Assembly: GCA_963769885.1 (NCBI GenBank)
Contig: CAVYNH010000005.1
Span: 96,001 to 160,000, forward strand
Reading direction: 5' to 3'
Length of the DNA: 64,000 bases
From: Methanobacteriota archaeon
GTDB taxonomy: Archaea > Thermoplasmatota > E2 > DHVEG-1
Every line of letters begins with the position of its first letter. Position 1 is the stretch's first letter. The notes under the pieces are model-generated. The model saw only the letters and a list, made by a program, of their open reading frames with translations, was not told the DNA's origin and made no database searches. Position numbers and translations under genes: made by a program. Of this stretch, positions 35,715 through 45,410 are shown one piece after another.

Positions 35715-36252
35715 ATGACGGTCGTCACCATCAGTGGTCTTCCGGGTACGGGGAAGACGACGGTTGCCAGGTTACTGCAGAAGAGGCTTCATCTGAAGTA
35801 CGTGTATGCTGGCAAGATTTTCCGTGAACTCGCCGAGAAGCATGGGATGACGCTGGAGCAGTTCGGGGCGCATTGCGAGGAGCATCCGGAGGTCGACCGG
35901 GAGTTGGACGACCATCAAGTCAAGTTGTTGAAGCAGGGCAACATCCTTTTAGAGGGGCGTATCGCGGGATGGCTGGCGGTGAGAAACCACGTGCCGGCTA
36001 TGAAGATCTGGCTGAGCGCTGATCCCACAGTCAGGACCGCGCGGATTGTGAAACGGGAAAGCGGGGACCTGGAAAAACGACGCCAGGAGATCGAGGAGCG
36101 GGAGCGCTGCGAGGCGGCACGATACAAAAAGGTACTATGGTATCGAGGTGAATGATACGTCGATCTATGATGTGATCGTGGATACTTCAGTGCTGACGCC
36201 GGAGCAGATCGTCGACCAAATCTGCGCGTTTATCTCGAAGGAATCGACCTAA
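35715..36252 (+). CDS. cmk: Cytidylate kinase, split by an apparent 1-nt frameshift at about 36126-36132
   Basis: ISGLPGTGKTT, FRELA, LEGR. The conserved tail YYGIEVNDTSIYDVIVDTS continues in the +1 frame to TAA 36252. Confidence 0.9.
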
Positions 36253-36310
36253 GTCTTGGTTTTTGCTCATATGCCTACGTTTTTATAAGTGTACTGTTTG
36301 AGGGGAGAGG

Positions 36311-37303
36311 ATGACAGAGCATCGGTTGCCGTCGCAGCGCGAACGCAAGCGACTCATCAAGGTCATGGCGAAGACCAACCCGCATTACGGGAAGCGGCCT
36401 GAGGAACGTAGCGTCCGCGAGTTATTCTCCAACGGATGCATTATTCTTGATAAGCCGTGCGGGCCGACATCGCATCAGGTCGACGCCTGGGTCCGGGAGA
36501 TCCTGCACGTGGACGTGGTCGGGCATCATGGGACGCTGGACCCCGCGGCTACGGGGGTGCTGCCGATCGCGGTCGGGGACGCGTCCCGCGCCTTGCAGGT
36601 CCTGCTCCTCGCCGGCAAAGAGTATGTGGCGTTGATGCGGCTGCATAAACAGGCTGATTCGGCGCTGATCCGCAAGACCATGGAAGGGTTCGTCGGGGAG
36701 GTGACACAGATGCCGCCGGTGCGCTCCGCGGTGAAGCGGGTGAAGCGGAAACGGCGAATCTATTACCTTGATGTGCAGGAGACACTCAACACCGAGGTCT
36801 TATTTACGGTCGGCTGTGAAGCCGGCACCTATATCCGGACGTTGTGCGTGGACATCGGGCGTTCGCTGGGGATCGGGGCGCAGCTGATGGAATTGCGGCG
36901 CACCAAGGTCGGGCATCTCACGGAGGAGTCGACGGTCACGTTGCAGGAGGTGAAGGACGCGTACGTATTCTGGAGTGAGGAGAAGGATGAGGCGAGAATC
37001 CGTGCGGTCCTGAAACCGATGGAGATCCTCTTGGGGAGTGCGCCGAAGGTGGTGGTGCGGGATTCCGCGGTGGATGCTCTGTGCCATGGGGCGAGCCTGG
37101 CGGTGCCTGGCGTCGTCGAGGTGGATTCGGAGATCAAGAAGGGGGATGTCGCGGCGGCGATGACGTTGAAGGGCGAGGGGATCGCGCTCGTATCGATGCA
37201 GATGTCGACCGAGGAGGTCCTGCAGAAGGACCAGGGCATCGCAGCGAGCCTTGAGCGGGTGCTGATGAATAAGGGGACGTACCCCTCCGTCTGGAAAAAA
37301 TAA
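36311..37303 (+). CDS. cbf5: RNA-guided pseudouridine synthase Cbf5
   Basis: DKPCGPTSHQV, GTLDP, QMPPVRSAVKR, GTYIR, PUA domain. Confidence 0.97.
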   Translation: MTEHRLPSQRERKRLIKVMAKTNPHYGKRPEERSVRELFSNGCIILDKPCGPTSHQVDAWVREILHVDVVGHHGTLDPAATGVLPIAVGDASRALQVLLLAGKEYVALMRLHKQADSALIRKTMEGFVGEVTQMPPVRSAVKRVKRKRRIYYLDVQETLNTEVLFTVGCEAGTYIRTLCVDIGRSLGIGAQLMELRRTKVGHLTEESTVTLQEVKDAYVFWSEEKDEARIRAVLKPMEILLGSAPKVVVRDSAVDALCHGASLAVPGVVEVDSEIKKGDVAAAMTLKGEGIALVSMQMSTEEVLQKDQGIAASLERVLMNKGTYPSVWKK

Positions 37304-37458
37304 GAGAGACGCGAGGCCCTTCTCATCCGTGACATCGTTTTGTTAGAAACAGTTCAGCGTTTTTTGAATTGGGAGCGGGTGCTCGCGGACCGGGGCTGCT
37401 ATCCGTCCGTATGGCAAAAATAGATAAGAAGGAGATGGGTACAACCCTCTGGTTTTTT

Positions 37459-37544
37459 GCCGAGGTGGCTCAGACCGGTACGGCGCGAGCCTGGAGAGCT
37501 CGTGGGGCTTGTTCCTCGCGGGAGTTCAAATCTCCCCCTCGGCG
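37459..37544 (+). tRNA. tRNA-Ser(GGA)
   Basis: GCCGAGG/CCTCGGC acceptor stem, anticodon arm CGAGC-CTGGAGA-GCTCG, long variable arm, GTTCAAATC T-loop. Confidence 0.97.
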
Positions 37545-37615
37545 TCACCCCTTCTCACCCCGAATAGCTTCTCTCAACCCTGCCTTTAAAAACACCTAGA
37601 AAATACTACTCGAGC

Positions 37616-38137
37616 ATGGGCACTATCCAAGACCTCCTCCAATCCAAACAAAAACCCAAGGAAAAAACACTACGCATCACCCAGACGATCATCGAAGACC
37701 CAAGACTTATCAATGACCTCTTCACCGCCCTTGCAACAGGCACTGACCCGCAGAAAGGGACCTGCACTGACGTCATCAAAGAACTCTCAAAGACCGACCC
37801 AGATCTACTACTACCCTACCTCGACACCCTCATCCACTACGTCACCTACCGCGCCCCTCACGTGACCTGGGGCGTTCAGGAAGCAATAGGAAACCTGGCG
37901 CAACACCACCCCGCAGCCGTCGCCGCCCTCCCCCAACTCCTCAAGAACACCACCCATCCAAGCACCGTGGTCCGCTGGTGTGCCGCCTATGCCATCACCA
38001 ACATCGCCCTCCACAATCCAACGAAAAAGGACGAGTTAATTCCGATACTTAAACGGCTGAGCACCAAGGAGACGAACAATGGGGTCAAAAAGGTGTACCT
38101 CAAGGCGTTTAAAAACCTCAGCCAGACCATAACGTAA
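37616..38137 (+). CDS. HEAT/ARM-repeat protein
   Basis: Helical repeats such as EAIGNLA and VVRWCAAYAI. Confidence 0.75.
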   Translation: MGTIQDLLQSKQKPKEKTLRITQTIIEDPRLINDLFTALATGTDPQKGTCTDVIKELSKTDPDLLLPYLDTLIHYVTYRAPHVTWGVQEAIGNLAQHHPAAVAALPQLLKNTTHPSTVVRWCAAYAITNIALHNPTKKDELIPILKRLSTKETNNGVKKVYLKAFKNLSQTIT

Positions 38138-38218
38138 GATTACCACGGTTTTCATTTGCCTATAGACACTAATTATCTTTTTATACAAATAACAAGATTC
38201 AAGAATGAGAGGTGATGT

Positions 38219-38515
38219 GTGATGAAGATGGGAATTGAACAGACGAACACTATACCGAGAGAAAAAAAGGCAGAGGCTCCTGGGCCCAGCGCTCCCAATA
38301 ACGGGTTGAAGATCGATACTACGGTGTTCTGTCTGGATACCGGCTCCGCAAAATACCTATTTACCTCGGAGGATGCCGCCATCGAGTACCTCAAGAAACT
38401 CGATAAAAAAGACATCAATCCGGATAATTCACAGATCGCGCAGGTGCTGGCCACCGGGAACGCCTGGAAGCTGACCCCAGTCCCCTGGTCGCGCATCGCG
38501 ATCAAACTGCTGTGA
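38219..38515 (+). CDS. Hypothetical protein
   Basis: 98-aa ORF with a GAGGTGA RBS. Confidence 0.65.
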   Translation: MMKMGIEQTNTIPREKKAEAPGPSAPNNGLKIDTTVFCLDTGSAKYLFTSEDAAIEYLKKLDKKDINPDNSQIAQVLATGNAWKLTPVPWSRIAIKLL

Positions 38516-38771
38516 AAAAAAATACAGAAATCCACGGGAGCCGTTCGACGGCAGCCTTGATCTCGGAGCGCTTGGAGTACTATTTATCGGGTTCGCAGTA
38601 CTAATAAGTCGTGATTCTTCTCCTTAAACTCTGCCTACGAAGATGATCCTGTGGCCGCTTTATTGAACGGTTACTGCAATACCTGCTGTTTTACTTAATT
38701 TGCACGATTGTTTTTTAAAAATAAATAACAATATAATGATTGCATAGCGGGTTAAAAGACGAGCGCATGCC

Positions 38772-40139
38772 TTAAAGGAGGAATTCGATTGCGAGGACGC
38801 CGAGGCTGACAAGAAGTGCAAGCGGCGTGACCAAAAGACCATACTTAACGAACTCCTTGAACGAGACGCGGACGCCCTTGTCTCGGAGGAGGCTTACCCA
38901 CATGATCCCCGCTAGCGCACCGATGGGCGTCAGGCAAGCTCCAAGATTGGAACCAATAACGGTCGCATAGATTGCGGGGAACTGCATACTGGCGCTAGCG
39001 GATTGGATGATAGGAGCGAAAGCGACCGTCGCCGGGATATTGTTGACGACGCTAGATATGAATGCCGAGGCGAAGCCATATAGGAGGATACAGACGGGGG
39101 TAGATTGCTGAATGAGGCTGTCGAAAAACCCACCAATCAAAGTAGTAACGGCAAAGGACCGGAGGGCTTCAACAGTGATGAACATTGCTAATACAAAGGG
39201 AATAATCTCAAAGGGCATCCGTTTCATAGTGCGCCATGTCACAAGGAGGTTGGGGGAGGTCCGACGCAGGCTGATGAGGTCTCGAATAACAAGGAGGAGG
39301 AAGAGTGCGGCGCCAAAGATGAAAGCGACGAACCACATCTCGAGATGGAGGTTCGGGGCGATAGAAAGACCGAAAATACATCCGAACAGGGTGCTGACGC
39401 CGATGATAGCACCAGGTTTATCGGTGATGGCTTCCGAAGGTAGTCGATTATCGTGGTAGATGATTGATATGGTGATCCGCTTGCGGAAAAGTAGGTAGAG
39501 AAGTGTAAGATTGATAATACCGGCGGCGAGGGTGGGGAGAACCATCCAGCGAAAGTAGGTGAGGAAGTTGAGGTTGAAGGCGGAGGCGAGGACGATGTTG
39601 GTGGGATTGCCAACGTAGAGCATGATACTCCAAGTGTTAGCAGCGAAGAATTCGGCGAAGAGGTATGGGATGGGGTCAATGCCGGTATGTTTAGCGAAGT
39701 AGTAGATGAAGGGGGTGATTGTGAGGATGATAACGTCGTTGGAGGCGAAGATGGTGAGGATGCTGATGACGGCGTAGAAGGCGAGGAAGAGACGACTGCC
39801 GCGGCTGTCGGTAATCCGGAGGGCGAGGCGGGCGCAGTATTCGAAGAAGCCGGTGGTGTCCAGGTAGATGCTCATGAACACCATGGAGAGGAATAGGATG
39901 AGGATGCCGAAGGGGTTTAGTCCGCCGGTGCCTCGCAGTCCCTGAAGGATCTGCTCTGGGGTGAGGAGCCCGAGGCCGGCGATGAGTACGGGGGCGATGA
40001 GGGCGCCGAGGAAATACGAGTCAAGATGAAAGGTCCGAGTGCCAATCCGTAGGGAGAAGGATGATTTGCGGAGGATGAGGAATAGCATGGCTGCTATCGA
40101 GAGGAGAAAGATGAGGGTGACCAGGAATGCTCCATCCAC
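38772..40139 (-). CDS. ArsB/NhaD (ion transporter superfamily) permease
   Basis: GFFE, SNDVIILTITP, ANTWS...GNPTN, VNNIP, GSNLGA.LTPIGALA. Confidence 0.88.
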   Translation of the reverse strand: MDGAFLVTLIFLLSIAAMLFLILRKSSFSLRIGTRTFHLDSYFLGALIAPVLIAGLGLLTPEQILQGLRGTGGLNPFGILILFLSMVFMSIYLDTTGFFEYCARLALRITDSRGSRLFLAFYAVISILTIFASNDVIILTITPFIYYFAKHTGIDPIPYLFAEFFAANTWSIMLYVGNPTNIVLASAFNLNFLTYFRWMVLPTLAAGIINLTLLYLLFRKRITISIIYHDNRLPSEAITDKPGAIIGVSTLFGCIFGLSIAPNLHLEMWFVAFIFGAALFLLLVIRDLISLRRTSPNLLVTWRTMKRMPFEIIPFVLAMFITVEALRSFAVTTLIGGFFDSLIQQSTPVCILLYGFASAFISSVVNNIPATVAFAPIIQSASASMQFPAIYATVIGSNLGACLTPIGALAGIMWVSLLRDKGVRVSFKEFVKYGLLVTPLALLVSLGVLAIEFLL

Positions 40140-40183
40140 GCTGCCTCGTAATTGGAGGGCTGGGTAAGAAGTTTGTTATGTGC

Positions 40184-41041
40184 TTAGATGTCGCGGCGGC
40201 GGAAGAACAGGTAGGCGAGGAGGAGTGGAATGGAGATCCAGAGGAACATGAAGAATAGCAGGAGGGGGGCGGAGAGGAAGTCTGGGAGCGGCATGGTGAA
40301 GCCGAAGGCTTGCTCGACGTTGAAGGCCTTCATGACCGTGGTCTGGTACAAATCAGAGGGACTTACAGCGAGTGACCACCACATCCAATCGGGTACCGAG
40401 ATATTGCCGCCCTGCATGATCTGTGTAGGTGAGATGTTGGTGGTCGCAAGGTAAACAGCGAAGGTGATCATGCCGTAGATTGGTGACCAGAGGAACATGA
40501 AGATGCCGCTGCCGATGGCGGTGACGCGCCGTTTCAGCAAGGCTGAGAAGAAGATCATCGGGCCGAGGTACATGAGGCCGAAAAGGATAGTGAGGCCGAT
40601 GAAGGCAAGGAATCCGAGAATCTGAGATGCGCCTGCACTAAAGGCAATCACGATGCCTCCAACCCCGAAGCCGACGAGCGCGGTGAAGGCAAGGATTCCT
40701 CCGAGGCCGAGGAATTTTCCGAGGAGTACTTCTGAGCGCCGTATGGGGTAGGAGAGAACCAAGGCAAGCGCGCCGCTCTCTGCCTCGCCAGCGATGGTAG
40801 CGAAGCCAAGCATGATGGCGATGAGGGGGATGAGGAAAGCGGCGATGCTTAGGAGGGTCAAGACGGTTTCTTCGGCTCCGCCGAGGGTCTGGTTGTTGAG
40901 GGAGCGCTGTCCGGCGAGGAAGGATGCGACCAGGGTTAGCGCGATGAAGACGATGATCAGGATGAGGATCCAGCGGTTCCGGATATGGTCGGTGAATTCT
41001 TTTTTTGCGACGGTGTACACGGATCTGGCGTTGAAGTTCAT
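40184..41041 (-). CDS. ABC-2 type exporter permease (NosY-like)
   Basis: VAKKEF, IAGEAESGAL.L.LSYPI.R..VLLGKFLG, six TM segments. Confidence 0.9.
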   Translation of the reverse strand: MNFNARSVYTVAKKEFTDHIRNRWILILIIVFIALTLVASFLAGQRSLNNQTLGGAEETVLTLLSIAAFLIPLIAIMLGFATIAGEAESGALALVLSYPIRRSEVLLGKFLGLGGILAFTALVGFGVGGIVIAFSAGASQILGFLAFIGLTILFGLMYLGPMIFFSALLKRRVTAIGSGIFMFLWSPIYGMITFAVYLATTNISPTQIMQGGNISVPDWMWWSLAVSPSDLYQTTVMKAFNVEQAFGFTMPLPDFLSAPLLLFFMFLWISIPLLLAYLFFRRRDI

Positions 41042-42096
41042 TGGGCGCTGCCTCCGACGAGTTTGATGAAGGCGTCTTCAAGCGACGGCTCGATGGTCTT
41101 GATGTTGCCAACGGCGAAGCCTGCTTCTTCGAGCAGGGTGATGATTTTGCCGCGAAGGGCGGGGTCGCAGGTGAGAGTGATAACGTCGCCTTTGACGAGG
41201 AGGTTGCTGATGCCGTGTATGCCTTGCAGGACTTTGGGCGTCTTTCCCTGGAGACCCGGGATGGTGATTTCGAGGCGTGGCTTGGTCTGGACGACACTTT
41301 GTATCTTTTGTAGGCTGTCTTGGGCGATGAGGTGACCTTTGTCGATGATGGCGACGCGGTCGCAGAGGCTTTCGACTTCGCTGAGGATGTGGGAGGAGAA
41401 GATGACGGTAGCGCCGTTATCGTTGAGGTGCCTGATTTTGTCTCTGACGACTCTGGTCCAGCGGGGGTCAAGCCCCGAGCTGGGTTCGTCGAAGATGCAG
41501 ATGGAGGGATGTCCGATGATGGCTTGGGCGATGCCGAGGAGTTGGATCATTCCTTTGGAGAAGCCGCCGACTTTGCGGTCGCTGGCCTGGTCGAGCCCGA
41601 CTTCCTTGAGGATTCCGGGGATCTGTACGGGGTCTTCTCCGCGGAGTTCACAGAAGAACCGCAGGGTCTGTGTCGGAGTGAGGTTGTCGTAGAGTGCAAC
41701 GCGCTCGGGGAGGTAGGCGATCTGTTTTTTTGCTTGGATGCCGTCGTGGTAGATGTTGTGGCCGTTAATCGTGATAGTCCCGCCGTCGGTGCGAATCAAT
41801 CCGAGGATTGCCTTGAGTAACGTGGTTTTTCCTGCGCCGTTGGGTCCGAGGAAGCCAAAGATTTCACCGGGTCTGACAGAGAAGGAGACGTCGTCAACCG
41901 CGGTGGTATCCTTGTAGCGTTTGGTCACATGGGAGACGGTGATGACCGCGTTCACTGGGCTTGAAGGCGGGCTAGGAAAGGTGAACTGTCCGGCGGTCTT
42001 GCAGGCAGGGCAGGTGACGATGAGCCGTTGTCCCAGGGTGCCCTGGACCGTGATGCTTGTGCGGCATTTTGGGCAGCGGATTGTCTGGGTGACCAT
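41038..42096 (-). CDS. ABC ATP-binding protein with N-terminal zinc ribbon
   Basis: CPKC...CPAC, then GPNGAGKTT, FSKGM, DEP, SSH. Confidence 0.93.
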   Translation of the reverse strand: MVTQTIRCPKCRTSITVQGTLGQRLIVTCPACKTAGQFTFPSPPSSPVNAVITVSHVTKRYKDTTAVDDVSFSVRPGEIFGFLGPNGAGKTTLLKAILGLIRTDGGTITINGHNIYHDGIQAKKQIAYLPERVALYDNLTPTQTLRFFCELRGEDPVQIPGILKEVGLDQASDRKVGGFSKGMIQLLGIAQAIIGHPSICIFDEPSSGLDPRWTRVVRDKIRHLNDNGATVIFSSHILSEVESLCDRVAIIDKGHLIAQDSLQKIQSVVQTKPRLEITIPGLQGKTPKVLQGIHGISNLLVKGDVITLTCDPALRGKIITLLEEAGFAVGNIKTIEPSLEDAFIKLVGGSAQ

Positions 42097-42186
42097 AGGG
42101 TGTCTCTCCCTGGCTGGGTCGTGGTATACCGGGTCCTCCTACTAATAATTTGTCCTGGGCGATTAAAAAGGGAAAGCAGGCAGGGG

Positions 42187-43260
42187 TTATTTCCATTTGG
42201 TGAGGATTTCTTCTCTGTTGAAGATGGCTTTGGCGAAGTAGAAGAGGACAAGGTCGATGCCGAGGTAGACGGCGGTGAAGGCGAGGATGGTGAGGGGCGA
42301 GAGGAGGATGAATCCAGAGAGGACGCCGAGCATGAGGACGACGACAGGCATGACGATGAATCCGCCGACTTGTTGAGCGGAGCGAACGTCGCTGACCTTG
42401 GAGGAGACGATGACGCAGCCGAGGATGCTCATCAGGCAGGCGGTGGGCGCGAGGATGAGGATAGAGAGGAGCCAGTTGAGGTTGGGGAGGAGGGGGAGGC
42501 CGAGCTGGGGGAGGAAGAGGGCATCGAGGAGGATGTTGCCGAGGCAGAAGGCGAACAGGGTCGAGCCCATAGAGGGGAGGAAGCTGGAGAAGATCTTGCC
42601 TGCGAGCAGCTCTCCGTCTGTGATCGGGGTGGCGAGGAGCGGTTCGAGGCTGCGGTTGTTCTTCTCGCCGACGATGCTATAGGAGGAAATGACGGTGGGC
42701 AGGGTGGCGGGGACGATGATGAAGATGATGAGGATGAGGTTGAGAATCATGGGGAAGATGAGGGTGGTCTCCGAGGGTCTGGTTCTAGTGAAGGTGAGGG
42801 CTGCGTGGTCCGTAATGATGTTGCGGCCGGAGAGGTTCGTGCCCTGGGAGGTGGTGATGATGGTGTTGGTGCAGGTGGTCTGGGATAGGATGCTGAGGGT
42901 CACGGTGGTGTTCTCGAGCGTCGAATCGTGGATGTCGCAGGAGACGAGGACGCAGTTGATAATGGTCGTATGGGTAAGGCTGGTGTTGGTGATGGTGGTG
43001 TTGGCGAGGGCGGTGTTGGTCTGGGTGTGGTTGGTGATGGGGGCGGTGAAGGTGTCGGGGAGGGCGCCGTGTTCCTGCAGTCCGGTGACGTCCCAGGTGG
43101 GGGCGGTGGAGGCGAGGCTGATAAGGGGGTAGAACGTGAAGAGGGGGAGGATGACGCCGAGGACGATGGGCATGGCGATGATGCTGCCGAGGACGAGTTT
43201 TTGGTGGCGGAACTCGGCGAGGTCTTTGCGGGTGAGGGTCCAGACGTTGTGCCAGGCCAT
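42187..43260 (-). CDS. ABC-2 type permease with pentapeptide-like repeat insert
   Basis: SIVGEKNNRSLEPLLATPI..ELLAGK. A T/N-rich repeat region lies between TM1 and TM2. Confidence 0.88.
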   Translation of the reverse strand: MAWHNVWTLTRKDLAEFRHQKLVLGSIIAMPIVLGVILPLFTFYPLISLASTAPTWDVTGLQEHGALPDTFTAPITNHTQTNTALANTTITNTSLTHTTIINCVLVSCDIHDSTLENTTVTLSILSQTTCTNTIITTSQGTNLSGRNIITDHAALTFTRTRPSETTLIFPMILNLILIIFIIVPATLPTVISSYSIVGEKNNRSLEPLLATPITDGELLAGKIFSSFLPSMGSTLFAFCLGNILLDALFLPQLGLPLLPNLNWLLSILILAPTACLMSILGCVIVSSKVSDVRSAQQVGGFIVMPVVVLMLGVLSGFILLSPLTILAFTAVYLGIDLVLFYFAKAIFNREEILTKWK

Positions 43261-44193
43261 CTAAAGCCCTCCCTGGGGTGCGGCGATGAGTTTGAGGTAG
43301 ACGTCCTCGAGGCTATGTTCTTCTTCGGCGACGTATTCGACCTTGATTCCCTGGGTGATGAGCCACTCGATGATCCTGGGGTTGTCGGTCTCAGGGTCTT
43401 TAACCTCGAGGAGGATGCGGGTGCCTTGGATGGCTTTGAGGCGGGTGTCTGGGAGGGTGGTGAGTTGCTGGGTCAGGGCTGGGGGGATGTGATCGACGGT
43501 GATGGCGATGGTGCGGCTGAAGACGCTGCGGGCGAGTTGCTTGGGGTTGCCGACTCGGATGAGGGTGTTATTGATGAGGGCGACTTGGTCGCAGATGCGT
43601 TCCGCTTCGGCGAGGTTGTGGGTGTTGATGACGATGGTGACGCCGTGGGCTTTGAGGTCGAGGATGTAGTCGCGGACGAGCTTGGAGGCCTGCGGGTCGA
43701 GGCTGGCGGTGGGCTCATCTAAGAAAACGTATTTTGGGTTGTGGATGAAGGCTCTAGCGATCGCGATCTTTTGTTTCATGCCTTTGGAGAAGCCGCCGAC
43801 GGGTTCCATGCGTCGATCCCAGAGGCCGAGGTTGTCCAGGGTCCGTTTTATTACCTCTTCGCGTTGGGGCTTGGGGAGGTGGTAGAACTGGGCGTAGTAA
43901 TCCAAATTCTGATATGCACCGAGGGTTTCGTAGAGGCCCGGGACTTCGGGCAGGAAGCCGATCATGCCGCGGATCCGGTGGGCATCACGGGGGTTGGTGA
44001 TGTCGAGGCCGTCGATGCTGGCAGTCCCGGCGGTTGGTCTGATGAGGCAGCAGAGCATCCGCATGGTGGTGGTCTTGCCGGCACCGTTGGGACCGAGGAG
44101 GCCGAAGATCTGTCCTGTTGGAATCTCGATGGTAAGGTTGTCGATGGCATGAATGGGGCCGAAGTGCTTGGAGAGTCCCGTGCAGGTGATCAT
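43261..44193 (-). CDS. ABC ATP-binding protein
   Basis: GPNGAGKTT, FSKGMKQK, LDEPT, NTH. Confidence 0.95.
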   Translation of the reverse strand: MITCTGLSKHFGPIHAIDNLTIEIPTGQIFGLLGPNGAGKTTTMRMLCCLIRPTAGTASIDGLDITNPRDAHRIRGMIGFLPEVPGLYETLGAYQNLDYYAQFYHLPKPQREEVIKRTLDNLGLWDRRMEPVGGFSKGMKQKIAIARAFIHNPKYVFLDEPTASLDPQASKLVRDYILDLKAHGVTIVINTHNLAEAERICDQVALINNTLIRVGNPKQLARSVFSRTIAITVDHIPPALTQQLTTLPDTRLKAIQGTRILLEVKDPETDNPRIIEWLITQGIKVEYVAEEEHSLEDVYLKLIAAPQGGL

Positions 44194-44489
44194 AGGGGGT
44201 GTCTCGCCTCTGGTTCTTGTGTATTGTGCGGTGCTATATTAATGCGGCAGTCAATGGGGCTGGTATATATATTTTTATGTATATGAGCTGTGGTGATGGG
44301 GTTCTGTAACGTTATAGGGTGATGATGTTAGGTAGATTTTCTTTGTAACAAATCGGGTGATGGCTTCTTTTTTGAACTTGAATGGTCGGATACAGGAGAT
44401 TGTTTGAGGTTCAAGAAGTTAAAAGTAAAAGCAAAAAACACTGTATAATTTAACCTTTTACTCGCACCTATTACCCAAGTAAGATTTTT

Positions 44490-45242
44490 TTATTGAAACG
44501 TAGCGTGGACGAAGAATCGCCCTAGATAGCCTGTATAGTTATTTGGTACGACGAAGGTCTGGGAGATTATCAAAAAGTATGGAAAAACCGGATGGCCAGT
44601 TAGGGAGAACGCACTGTTTCCTGCATTATCATAGCCGATGACCATGGGTATTAACATGTTAAAGCACTTCCCGATTCCGAAACGAATCGGGATTGTGATG
44701 TTATTATCAGAGATGATAGGCTTCTTTGTGAATCCAGTAAGCGTCAATGGTAAGGTGGGTTCAATAACACCATCCCAAGTCCACTGGTAGGGTGCCTCAT
44801 AATCGGTCCCCTGATAGACTTCGTCTATGTAGAATTCTACATAGTTCACGCCACTCATTGTATCAGAACAATTCGCTGTGATAATGATATATGTATGTGC
44901 AAATGAACACGTTATATTGATGCACGGGGGTGTCGTGTCGATGTTGATTTGATATTCCTCTGTCCAGTTTGGATTGTAATTATTATCAGTCGCAATTAAA
45001 GTGTATCTTCCATCTCCTGGCATCACAAAAGGAAATGTGTAAACCATCCAACTCCCATTATTAATTTTATACAGAGCAGGACCATCTATGCTTACGTTGA
45101 CAGCACTAATATACCATCCATTCAGTCCTTGAGTTCCGCCAAGGTGAACATGAGGGTCACCTACAGGCATTGAAGCAAAAATTGGGATACTCGAACATAT
45201 CAAAATTAAAAGGATTCCAATAACCATCCATTTTTTCATCAT
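44490..45242 (-). CDS. Secreted Ig-like domain protein
   Basis: Signal MMKKWMVIGILLILI, NGWY, IDTTPP, SGVNYVEFYID, APYQWTW, YDNAGN. The upstream part of the listed ORF is antisense shadow. Confidence 0.8.
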   Translation of the reverse strand: MMKKWMVIGILLILICSSIPIFASMPVGDPHVHLGGTQGLNGWYISAVNVSIDGPALYKINNGSWMVYTFPFVMPGDGRYTLIATDNNYNPNWTEEYQINIDTTPPCINITCSFAHTYIIITANCSDTMSGVNYVEFYIDEVYQGTDYEAPYQWTWDGVIEPTLPLTLTGFTKKPIISDNNITIPIRFGIGKCFNMLIPMVIGYDNAGNSAFSLTGHPVFPYFLIISQTFVVPNNYTGYLGRFFVHATFQ

Positions 45243-45410
45243 GGTTATAATTCCTCCGGAGAAAAATATGATGTCAGCTTTATTTAAACTTTTTGAAGAA
45301 AAAACATCATATTGTATACAGTGTTTAGTTCCATCAGGATTCGAAATCACCCGAGAAGTTACAGAACCCGGTGATGGCAAACTATAAGACAGCGTCCTGA
45401 ATGGAAGGTA

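Noticed and set aside
37304-37458. Possible H/ACA guide RNA between cbf5 and tRNA-Ser
   Set aside because: Only weak hairpins. No clear K-turn or correctly placed ACA, and the region must also hold the tRNA promoter.
38600-38655. Fluoride riboswitch-like words (TAAAC...GATGA) near the ion permease
   Set aside because: The conserved GATGG/pseudoknot pairing is missing, and the site is downstream of the permease.
37459-40139. Integrated element at tRNA-Ser (or tRNA-Ala)
   Set aside because: No integrase and no duplicated tRNA 3' end were seen in the window.
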